The notes beneath the pieces are model-generated. The model had not been told where the DNA came from and made no database searches. It was given only the letters and a program-made list of their open reading frames with translations. The position numbers and the translations under genes were made by a program. A DNA stretch of 64,000 nt from Laetmonice hystrix (lineage: Eukaryota): contig OZ249436.1 in NCBI GenBank assembly GCA_965235115.1, positions 8,930,001 to 8,994,000 of the forward strand, in the 5' to 3' direction. This document shows positions 48,625 through 60,754 of this stretch, one piece after another. Each line of letters opens with the position of its first letter. The stretch's first letter is position 1.

Positions 48625-51600
48625 GTTCACTGAGGTAGTGGAAATGAAAGATATAGGCGAGGGGCATCTAATGTTAAAATTTGGAGAAGATACTCAAATG
48701 GGAAGTAGATGTCTCACAACCATTTATCTATAGCGAACGTACGAGACCTATAGAGGTGACAGTTATACATCTGGCCTAACAATCATAATTTTGGGGTCGT
48801 AATTTCAATTTGACGTATCAAAAATGAAGCCATTTTTCGCTTATCATTGTCTCTCCCATAACCGCCATACGTGCCTGCCAGCCCGGCCAGGTATAAGGTG
48901 GTGATTACATGGGTAGCCGGAAGGTAGCAGTGCAGTCGATGGGAGGCCGCTTCAGTACTGCACCCTGGTGTTTGCTCGCAACATCTCTGTCATCTGTTTC
49001 TATTTGGGGATGGGATATCTGATATAGAAAGGCGAACAACGTCATTTGCCAATGTTAATTAAACCTTTACGGCAAACAGTCACTGGGACTACCGTACAGC
49101 GGTGTCTGAGGCTTACAGATGGTCAGTAGGGGACACAGATTATATGGGGGTAAATGATGGACGAAACGGATGGCCTGCCTCCTGGACAATAAAGGCATGG
49201 AAACATGAAACATCAGGCGTCCCTACATTTCTGGCTACAATTGTATAGAAGCAAACCGTACAGTGATGCCAAAGAGTACAGGGAGGCCAAACAGTACAGT
49301 GAGGAATCCCTACAAGGTCCTGCATTGCCTAATACCCAAGCAAACACTACAGTGAGGCCGAACAGTACAGTGAGGCCAAATAGTATACTGTGAGGCCAAG
49401 CACTACGAGAGGCTAATCAGTACTCTGGGAAGTCTCTACATCTTATCGGCTGGCCTACTACCCATGCAAACAGTTCAGTGAGGTAGTGGAAATGAAAGAT
49501 ATAGGCGAGGGGCATCTAATGTTAAAATTTGGAGAAGATACTCAAATGGGAAGTAGATATCTCACAACCATTTATCTGTAGCGAACGTACGAGACCTATA
49601 GAAGTGACAGTTATACATCTGGCCTAACAATCATAATTTTGGGGTCGTAATTTCAATTTGACGTATCAAAAATGAAGCCATTTTTCGCTTATCATTGTCT
49701 CCCCCATAAGCGCCATAGGTGCCTGCCAGCCCGGCCAGGTACAAGGTGGTGATTCCATGGTTAGCCGTAAGGTCGCAGTGCAGTCGGTGGGAGGCCGCTT
49801 CAGTACTGCACCCTGGTGTTTGCTTCCAACCTCTCTGTCATCTCTTTCTACTGGGGGATGGGATATCTGATATAGAAAGGCGAACAACGTCATTTGCCAT
49901 TTTTAATTAAGCCTTTACGGCAAACATCCACTGGGTCTACCATACAACGGTGTCGGACGCTTACAGGTGGTCAGTTGGGGACACAGATTACATGGGGGTA
50001 AATGATGGACGAAACGGATGGCCTGCCTCCTGGACAATAAAGGCGTGGAAACATTAAACACGAGGCGTCCCTACATTTCTGGATACAGTTGTATAGAAGC
50101 AAGCAGTACAGTGATGCCAAAGAGTACAGGGAGGCCAAACAGTACAGTGAGGAATCCCTACAAGGTGCTGTATTGCCTAATACCCAAGCAAACACTACAG
50201 TGAGGCCGAACAGTACAGTGAGGCCAATTAGTATACTGTGAGGCCAAGCACTACGAGAGGCCAATCAATCCTCTGGGAAGTCTCTACATCTTATCGGCTG
50301 GCCTACTACCCATGCAAATAGTTCACTGAGGTAGTGGAAATGAAAGATATAGGCGAGGGGCATCTAATGTTAAAATTTGGAGAAGATACTCAAATGGGAA
50401 GTAGATGTCTCACAACCATTTATCTATAGCGAACGTACGAGACCTATAGAGGTGACAGTTATACATCTGGCCTAACAATCATAATTTTGGGGTCGTAATT
50501 TCAATTTGACGTATCAAAAATGAAGCCATTTTTCGCTTATCATTGTCTCTCCCATAAGCGCCATAGGTGCCTACCAGCCCGGCCAGGTATAAGGTGGTGA
50601 TTACATGGGTAGCCGGAAGGTAGCAGTGCAGTCGGTGGAAGGCCGCTTCAGTACTGCACCCTGGTGTTTGCTTCCAACCTCTCTGTCATCTCTTTCTACT
50701 GGGGGATGGGATATCTGATATAGAAAGGCGAACAACGTCATTTGCCATTTTTAATTAAGCCTTTACGGCAAACATCCACTGGGTCTACCATACAACGGTG
50801 TCGGACACTTACAGGTGGTCAGTTGGGGACACAGATTACATGGGGGTAAATGATGGACGAAACGGATGGCCTGCCTCCTGGACAATAAAGGCGTGGAAAC
50901 ATTAAACACGAGGCGTCCCTACATTTCTGGATACAGTTGTATAGAAGCAAGCAGTACAGTGATGCCAAAGAGTACAGGGAGGCCAAACAGTACAGTGAGG
51001 AATCCCTAGAAGGTGCTGTATTGCCTAATACCCAAGCAAACACTACAGTGAGGCCGAACAGTACAGTGAGGCCAATTAGTATACTGTGAGGCCAAGCACT
51101 ACGAGAGGCCAATCAATCCTCTGGGAAGTCTCTACATCTTATCGGCTGGCCTACTACCCATGCAAATAGTTCACTGAGGTAGTGGAAATGAAAGATATAG
51201 GCGAGGGGCATCTAATGTTAAAATTTGGAGAAGATACTCAAATGGGAAGTAGATGTCTCACAACCATTTATCTATAGCGAACGTACGAGACCTATAGAGG
51301 TGACAGTTATACATCTGGCCTAACAATCATAATTTTGGGGTCGTAATTTCAATTTGACGTATCAAAAATGAAGCCATTTTTCGCTTATCATTGTCTCTCC
51401 CATAAGCGCCATAGGTGCCTACCAGCCCGGCCAGGTATAAGGTGGTGATTACATGGGTAGCCGGAAGGTAGCAGTGCAGTCGGTGGAAGGCCGCTTCAGT
51501 ACTGCACCCTGGTGGTTGCTTGCAACATCTCTGTGATCTGTTTCTATTTGGGGATGCGATATCTGATATAGAAAGGCGAACAACGTCATTTGCCAATGTT

Positions 51601-54600
51601 AATTAAACCTTTACGGCAAACAGTCACTGGGACTACCGTACAACGGTGTCGGACGCTTACAGATGGTCAGTGGGGGACACAGATTATATGGGGGTAAATG
51701 ATGGACGAAACGGATGGCCTGCCTCCTGGACAATAAAGGCATGAAAACATGAAACATGAGGCGTCCCTACATTTCTGGCTACAGTTGTATAGAAGTAAGC
51801 AGTACAGTGATGCCAAAGATTACAGGGAGGCCAAACAGTACAGTGAGGAATCCCTACAAGGTCCTGCATTGCCTAATACCCAAGCAAACACTACAGTGAG
51901 GCCGAACAGTACAGTGAGGCCGAACAGTACAGTGAGGCCAAATAGTATACTGTGAGGCCAAGCACTACGAGAGGCTAATCAGTACTCTGGGAAGTCTCTA
52001 CATCTTCTCGGCTGGCCTACTACCCATGCAAATCGTTCACTGAGGTAGTGGAAATGAAAGATATAGGCGAGGGGCATCTAATGTTAAAATTTGGAGAAGA
52101 TACTCAAATGGGAAGTAGATGTCTCACAACCATTTATCTATAGCGAACGTACGAGACCTATAGAGGTGACAGTTATACATCTGGCCTAACAATCATAATT
52201 TTGGGGTCGTAATTTCAATTTGACGTATCAAAAATGAAGCTATTTTTCGCTTATCATTGTCTCTCCCATAACCGCCATACGTGCCTGCCAGCCCGGCCAG
52301 GTATAAGGTGGTGATTACATGGGTAGCCGGAAGGTAGCAGTGCAGTCGATGGGAGGCCGCTTCAGTACTGCACCCTGGTGTTTGCTCGCAACATCTCTGT
52401 CATCTGTTTCTATTTGGGGATGCGATATCTGATATAGAAAGGCGAACAACGTCATTTGCCAATGTTAATTAAACCTTTACGGCAAACAGTCACTGGGACT
52501 ACCGTACAACGGTGTCGGACGCTTACAGATGGTCAGTAGGGGACACAGATTATATGGGGGTAAATGATGGACGAAACGGATGGCCTGCCTCCTGGACAAT
52601 AAAGGCATGAAAACATGAAACATGAGGCGTCCCTACATTTCTGGCTACAGTTGTATAGAAGTAAGCAGTACAGTGATGCCAAAGATTACAGGGAGGCCAA
52701 ACAGTACAGTGAGGAATCCCTACAAGGTCCTGCATTGCCTAATACCCAAGCAAACACTACAGTGAGGCCGAACAGTACAGTGAGGCTGAACAGTACAGTG
52801 AGGCCAATTAGTATATTGTGAGGCCAAGCACTACGAGAGGCCGATCAATCCTCTGGGAAGCCTCTACATCTTATCGGCTGGCCTACTACCCATGCAAATA
52901 GTTCACTGAGGTAGTGGAAATGAAAGATATAGGCGAGGGGCATCTAATGTTAAAATTTGGAGAAGATACTTAAATGGGAAGTAGATGTCTCACAACCATT
53001 TATCTATAGCGAACGTACGAGACCTATAGAGGTGACAGTTATACATCTGGCCTAACAATCATAATTTGGTGGGAGTAATTTCAATTTGACGTATCAAATA
53101 TAAAGCCATTTTTCGCTTATCATTGTCTCTCCCCTAAGCGCCATAGGTGCCTGCCAGCCCGGCCAGGTATAAGGTGGTGATTACATGGGTAGCCGGAAGG
53201 TGGCAGTGCAGTCGGAGGGAGGCCGCTTCATTACTGCAACCTGGTGTTTGCTTCCAACCTCTCTGTCATCTCTTTCTACTGGGGGATGGGATATCTGATA
53301 TACAAAGGCGAACAACGTCATTTGCCATTGTTAATTAAGCCTTTACGGCAAAGATCCACTGGGTCTACCATACAATGTTGTCGGACGCTTATAGGTGGTC
53401 AGCTGGTGACACAGATTATATGGGGGTAAATGATGGACGAAACGGATGGCCTGCCTCCTGGACAATAAAGGCGTGGAAACATTAAACACGAGGCGTCCCT
53501 ACATTTCTGGATACAGTTGTATAGAAGCAAGCAGTACAGTGATGCCAAAGAGTACAGGGAGGCCAAACAGTACAGTGAGGAATCCCTAGAAGGTGCTGTA
53601 TTGCCTAATACCCAAGCAAACACTACAGTGAGGCCGAACAGTACAGTGAGGCCAATTAGTATACTGTGAGGCCAAGCACTACGAGAGGCCAATCAATCCT
53701 CTGGGAAGTCTCTACATCTTATCGGCTGGCCTACTACCCATGCAAATAGTTCACTGAGGTAGTGGAAATGAAAGATATAGGCGAGGGGCATCTAATGTTA
53801 AAATTTGGAGAAGATACTCAAATGGGAAGTAGATGTCTCACAACCATTTATCTATAGCGAACGTACGAGACCTATAGAGGTGACAGTTATACATCTGGCC
53901 TAACAATCATAATTTTGGGGTCGTAATTTCAATTTGACGTATCAAAAATGAAGCCATTTTTCGCTTATCATTGTCTCTCCCATAAGCGCCATAGGTGCCT
54001 ACCAGCCCGGCCAGGTATAAGGTGGTGATTACATGGGTAGCCGGAAGGTAGCAGTGCAGTCGGTGGAAGGCCGCTTCAGTACTGCACCCTGGTGGTTGCT
54101 TCCAACATCTCTGTGATCTGTTTCTATTTGGGGATGCGATATCTGATATAGAAAGGCGAACAACGTCATTTGCCAATGTTAATTAAACCTTTACGGCAAA
54201 CAGTCACTGGGACTACCGTACAACGGTGTCGGACGCTTACAGATGGTCAGTAGGGGACACAGATTATATGGGGGTAAATGATGGACGAAACGGATGGCCT
54301 GCCTCCTGGACAATAAAGGCATGAAAACATGAAACATGAGGCGTCCCTACATTTCTGGCTACAGTTGTATAGAAGTAAGCAGTACAGTGATGCCAAAGAT
54401 TACAGGGAGGCCAAACAGTACAGTGAGGAATCCCTACAAGGTCCTGCATTGCCTAATACCCAAGCAAACACTACAGTGAGGCCGAACAGTACAGTGAGGC
54501 CGAACAGTACAGTGAGGCCAAATAGTATACTGTGAGGCCAAGCACTACGAGAGGCTAATCAGTACTCTGGGAAGTCTCTACATCTTCTCGGCTGGCCTAC

Positions 54601-57600
54601 TACCCATGCAAATCGTTCACTGAGGTAGTGGAAATGAAAGATATAGGCGAGGGGCACCTAATGTTAAAATTTGGAGAAGATACTCAAATGGGAAGTAGAT
54701 GTCTCACAACCATTTATCTATAGCGAACGTACGAGACCTATAGAGGTGACAGTTATACATCTGGCCTAACAATCATAATTTGGTGGGAGTAATTTCAATT
54801 TGACGTATCAAATATAAAGCCATTTTTCGCTTATCATTGTCTCTCCCCTAAGCGCCATAGGTGCCTGCCAGCCCGGCCAGGTATAAGGTGGTGATTACAT
54901 GGGTAGCCGGAAGGTGGCAGTGCAGTCGGAGGGAGGCCGCTTCATTACTGCAACCTGGTGTTTGCTTCCAACCTCTCTGTCATCTCTTTCTACTGGGGGA
55001 TGGGATATCTGATATACAAAGGCGAACAACGTCATTTGCCATTGTTAATTAAGCCTTTACGGCAAAGATCCACTGGGTCTACCATACAATGTTGTCGGAC
55101 GCTTATAGGTGGTCAGCTGGTGACACAGATTATATGGGGGTAAATGATGGACGAAACGGATGGCCTGCCTCCTGGACAATAAAGGCGTGGAAACATTAAA
55201 CACGAGGCGTCCCTACATTTCTGGATACAGTTGTATAGAAGCAAGCAGTACAGTGATGCCAAAGAGTACAGGGAGGCCAAACAGTACAGTGAGGAATCCC
55301 TAGAAGGTGCTGTATTGCCTAATACCCAAGCAAACACTACAGTGAGGCCGAACAGTACAGTGAGGCCAATTAGTATACTGTGAGGCCAAGCACTACGAGA
55401 GGCCAATCAATCCTCTGGGAAGTCTCTACATCTTATCGGCTGGCCTACTACCCATGCAAATAGTTCACTGAGGTAGTGGAAATGAAAGATATAGGCGAGG
55501 GGCATCTAATGTTAAAATTTGGAGAAGATACTCAAATGGGAAGTAGATGTCTCACAACCATTTATCTATAGCGAACGTACGAGACCTATAGAGGTGACAG
55601 TTATACATCTGGCCTAACAATCATAATTTTGGGGTCGTAATTTCAATTTGACGTATCAAAAATGAAGCCATTTTTCGCTTATCATTGTCTCTCCCATAAG
55701 CGCCATAGGTGCCTACCAGCCCGGCCAGGTATAAGGTGGTGATTACATGGGTAGCCGGAAGGTAGCAGTGCAGTCGGTGGAAGGCCGCTTCAGTACTGCA
55801 CCCTGGTGGTTGCTTCCAACATCTCTGTGATCTGTTTCTATTTGGGGATGCGATATCTGATATAGAAAGGCGAACAACGTCATTTGCCAATGTTAATTAA
55901 ACCTTTACGGCAAACAGTCACTGGGACTACCGTACAACGGTGTCGGACGCTTACAGATGGTCAGTAGGGGACACAGATTATATGGGGGTAAATGATGGAC
56001 GAAACGGATGGCCTGCCTCCTGGACAATAAAGGCATGAAAACATGAAACATGAGGCGTCCCTACATTTCTGGCTACAGTTGTATAGAAGTAAGCAGTACA
56101 GTGATGCCAAAGATTACAGGGAGGCCAAACAGTACAGTGAGGAATCCCTACAAGGTCCTGCATTGCCTAATACCCAAGCAAACACTACAGTGAGGCCGAA
56201 CAGTACAGTGAGGCCGAACAGTACAGTGAGGCCAAATAGTATACTGTGAGGCCAAGCACTACGAGAGGCTAATCAGTACTCTGGGAAGTCTCTACATCTT
56301 CTCGGCTGGCCTACTACCCATGCAAATCGTTCACTGAGGTAGTGGAAATGAAAGATATAGGCGAGGGGCACCTAATGTTAAAATTTGGAGAAGATACTCA
56401 AATGGGAAGTAGATGTCTCACAACCATTTATCTATAGCGAACGTACGAGACCTATAGAGGTGACAGTTATACATCTGGCCTAACAATCATAATTTTGGGG
56501 TCGTAATTTCAATTTGACGTATCAAAAATGAAGCCATTTTTCGCTTATCATTGTCTCTCCCATAACCGCCATACGTGCCTGCCAGCCCGGCCAGGTATAA
56601 GGTGGTGATTACATGGGTAGCCGGAAGGTAGCAGTGCAGTCGATGGGAGGCCGCTTCAGTACTGCACCCTGGTGTTTGCTCGCAACATCTCTGTCATCTG
56701 TTTCTATTTGGGGATGGGATATCTGATATAGAAAGGCGAACAACGTCATTTGCCAATGTTAATTAAACCTTTACGGCAAACAGTCACTGGGACTACCGTA
56801 CAGCGGTGTCTGACGCTTACAGATGGTCAGTAGGGGACACAGATTATATGGGGGTAAATGATGGACGAAACGGATGGCCTGCCTCCTGGACAATAAAGGC
56901 ATGGAAACATTAAACATGAGGCGTCCCTACATTTCTGGCTACAGTTGTATAGAAGCAAACCGTACAGTGATGCCAAAGAGTACAGGGAGGCCAAACAGTA
57001 CAGTGAGGAATCCCTACAAGGTCCTGCATTGCCTAATACCCAAGCAGACACTACAGTGAGGCCGAACAGTACAATTGGCCAAATAGTATACTGTGAGGCC
57101 AAGCACTACGAGAGGCTAATCCGTACTCTGGGAAGTCTCTACATCTTATCGGCTGGCCTACTACCCATGCAAACAGTTCAGTGAGGTAGTGGAAATGAAA
57201 GATATAGGCGAGGGGCATCTAATGTTAAAATTTGGAGAAGATACTCAAATGGGAAGTAGATATCTCACAACCATTTATCTGTAGCGAACGTACGAGACCT
57301 ATAGAAGTGACAGTTATACATCTGGCCTAACAATCATAATTTTGGGGTCGTAATTTCAATTTGACGTATCAAAAATGAAGCCATTTTTCGCTTATCATTG
57401 TCTCCCCCATAAGCGCCATAGGTGCCTGCCAGCCCGGCCAGGTACAAGGTGGTGATTCCATGGTTAGCCGTAAGGTCGCAGTGCAGTCGGTGGGAGGCCG
57501 CTTCAGTACTGCACCCTGGTGTTTGCTTCCAACCTCTCTGTCATCTCTTTCTACTGGGGGATGGGATATCTGATATAGAAAGGCGAACAACGTCATTTGC

Positions 57601-60396
57601 CATTTTTAATTAAGCCTTTACGGCAAACATCCACTGGGTCTACCATACAACGGTGTCGGACGCTTACAGGTGGTCAGTTGGGGACACAGATTACATGGGG
57701 GTAAATGATGGACGAAACGGATGGCCTGCCTCCTGGACAATAAAGGCGTGGAAACATTAAACACGAGGCGTCCCTACATTTCTGGATACAGTTGTATAGA
57801 AGCAAGCAGTACAGTGATGCCAAAGAGTACAGGGAGGCCAAACAGTACAGTGAGGAATCCCTACAAGGTGCTGTATTGCCTAATACCCAAGCAAACACTA
57901 CAGTGAGGCCGAACAGTACAGTGAGGCCAATTAGTATACTGTGAGGCCAAGCACTACGAGAGGCCAATCAATCCTCTGGGAAGTCTCTACATCTTATCGG
58001 CTGGCCTACTACCCATGCAAATAGTTCACTGAGGTAGTGGAAATAAAAGATATAGGCGAGGGGCATCTAATGTTAAAATTTGGAGAAGATACTCAAATGG
58101 GAAGTAGATGTCTCACAACCATTTATCTATAGCGAACGTACGAGACCTATAGAGGTGACAGTTATACATCTGGCCTAACAATCATAATTTTGGGGTCGTA
58201 ATTTCAATTTGACGTATCAAAAATGAAGCCATTTTTCGCTTATCATTGTCTCTCCCATAAGCGCCATAGGTGCCTACCAGCCCGGCCAGGTATAAGGTGG
58301 TGATTACATGGGTAGCCGGAAGGTAGCAGTGCAGTCGGTGGAAGGCCGCTTCAGTACTGCACCCTGGTGTTTGCTTCCAACCTCTCGGTCATCTCTTTCA
58401 ACTGGGGGATGGGATATCTGATATAGAAAGGCGAACAACGTCATTTGCCATTTTTAATTAAGCCTTTACGGCAAACATCCACTGGGTCTACCATACAACG
58501 GTGTCGGACGCTTACAGGTGGTCAGTTGGGGACACAGATTACATGGGGGTAAATGATGGACGAAACGGATGGCCTGCCTCCTGGACAATAAAGGCGTGGA
58601 AACATTAAACATGAGGCGTCCCTACATTTCCGGCTACAGTTGTATAGAAGCAAGCAGTACAGTGATGCCAAAGATTACAGGGAGGCCAAACAGTACAGTG
58701 AAGAATCCCTACAAGGTCCTGCATTGCCTAATACCCAAGCAAACACTACAGTGAGGCCGAACAGTACAGTGAGGCCAAATAGTATACTGTGAGGCCAAGC
58801 ACTACGAGAGGCCAATCAGTACTCTGGGAAGTCTCTACATCTTCTCGGCTGGCCTACTACCCATGCAAACAGTTCAGTGAGGTAGTGGAAATGAAAGATA
58901 TAGGCGAGGGACATCTAATGTTAAAATTTGGAGAAGATACTCAAATGGGAAGTAGATATCTCACAACCATTTATCTATAGCGAACGTACGAGACCTATAG
59001 AGGTGACAGTTATATATCTGGCCTAACAATCATAATTTTGGGGTCGTAATTTCAATTTGACGTATCAAAAATGAAGCCATTTTTCGCTTATCATTGTCTC
59101 GCCCATAAGCGCCATAGGTGCCTGCCAGCCCGGCCAGGTACAAGGTGGTGATTACATGGTTAGCCGTAAGGTAGCAGTGCAGTCGGTGGGAGGCCGCTTC
59201 AGTACTGCACCCTGGTGTTTGCTTGCAACATCTCTGTCATCTGTTTCTATTTGGGGATGGGATATCTGATATAGAAAGGCGAACAACGTCATTTGCCAAT
59301 GTTAATTAAACCTTTACGGCAAACAGTCACTGGGACTACCGTACAACGGTGTCGGGCGCTTACAGATGGTCAGTAGGGGACACAGATTATATGGGGGTAA
59401 ATGAGGGACGAAACGGATGGCCTGCCTCCTGGACAATAAAGGCATGGAAACATGACACATGAGGCGTCCCTATATTTCTTGGTACAGTTGTATAGAAGCA
59501 AGCAGTACAGTGATGCCATAGAGTACAGGGAGGCCAAACAGTACAGTGAGGAATCCCTACAAGGTCCTGCATTGCCTAATACCCAAGCAAACACTACAGT
59601 GAGGCCGAACAGTACAGTGAGGCCAAATAGTATACTGTGAGGCCAAGCACTACGAGAGGCCCATCAGTACTCTGGGAAGTCTCTACATCTTATCGGCTGG
59701 CCTACTACCCATGCAAACAGTTCAGTGAGGTAGTGGAAATGAAAGATATAGGCGAGGGGCATCTAATGTTAAAATTTTGAGAAGATTACTCAAATGGAAA
59801 ATAGAAATCTCACAACAATTTATCTATAGCGAACGTACGAGACCTATAGAAGTGACAGTTATACATCTGGCCTAACAATCATAATTTTGGGGTCGTAATT
59901 TCAATTTGACGTATCAAAAATGAAGCCATTTTTCGCTTATCATTGCATAAACCTGTCTCTCCCCTAAGCGCCATAGGTGCCTGCCAGCCCGGCCCAGTAT
60001 TTATAAGGTGATGATTACATCGGTAGCCGGAAGGTGGCAGTGCAGTCGGAGGGGGGGGGGCGCTTCAGTACCGCACCCTGGTGTTTGCTTGCAACATCTC
60101 TGTCGTCTGTTTCTTCTTTGGGATGGGATGATATAGAAAGGCGAACAAGGTCATATTTCATTGTTAATTAAACATTTACGGCAAACAGCCACTCGGACTA
60201 CGATACAACGTTGGCGGGCGCTTACAGGTGGTCAGTAAGGGACACAGATTACATGGGGGTAAATGATGGACGAAACGGATGGCCTGCCTCTTGGACAATA
60301 AAGGCATCGAAACATGAAATATAAGGCGTCCCTAAAATTCTGGCTACAGTTGTATAGAAGGAAACAGTGCAGTGAAGCCAAAGAGTACAGGGAGGC
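48621..60396. repeat. 848/866-bp satellite, segment 3 (~13.7 monomers), increasingly mosaic and divergent toward the array end
   Basis: Anchors at 48739, 49587, 50435, 51283, 52149, 53015 ... 58986, 59835. The last monomer is truncated at ...GAGTACAGGGAGGC (60396). Confidence 0.97.
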
Positions 60397-60673
60397 AGCC
60401 CTTACTGTAGTGTTTGCTTTAGTCTAAGCTCAGTCAATACATGTAGAGAGCCCTCACTGTAGTGTTTGCTCGAGTATAGATCTAATGCCAGTCAATCCAC
60501 GTAGGGAGCCCTCACTGTAGTGTTTGCTCGAGTATAAGGCCTGCCATTACATGTAGGTCGCTCTCATTGTATACTGTTAGCTGGAGAAGAAGGCCGGTTT
60601 GTCAATGTTGGCAGCCCTCACTGTAGTGCTTCCTGATCCAGTCTAAGGCCGGTCAATACCTCTAGGCAGCCCT
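60394..60673 (-). repeat. 52-bp minisatellite, inverted block (~5 units)
   Basis: Repeated GCCCTCACTGTAGTGTTTGCTCGAG is the reverse complement of the unit at 62847-64000. Confidence 0.92.
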
Positions 60674-60684
60674 GAATTTCCTCG

Positions 60685-60753
60685 GGCTGGAGCATACATT
60701 ACAGTGAAGCGGCTCCCTACATGTACTGTCTGGCCTTATACTCGAGCAAACAC
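60685..60753 (+). repeat. 52-bp minisatellite, short forward block left of the 335-bp array
   Basis: GGCTCCCTACATGTACTGTCTGGCCTTATACTCGAGCAAACAC matches the forward consensus. Confidence 0.85.
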
Positions 60754-60754
60754 G

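Noticed and set aside
133..59640. Numerous 60-101 aa ORFs repeated in the satellite (e.g. MKHEASLH..., MASRSAWP..., MQDLVGIP...)
   Set aside because: They overlap on both strands, appear and disappear with single variants, have no recognisable domain, and their repeats simply reflect the 18-bp DNA subrepeat.
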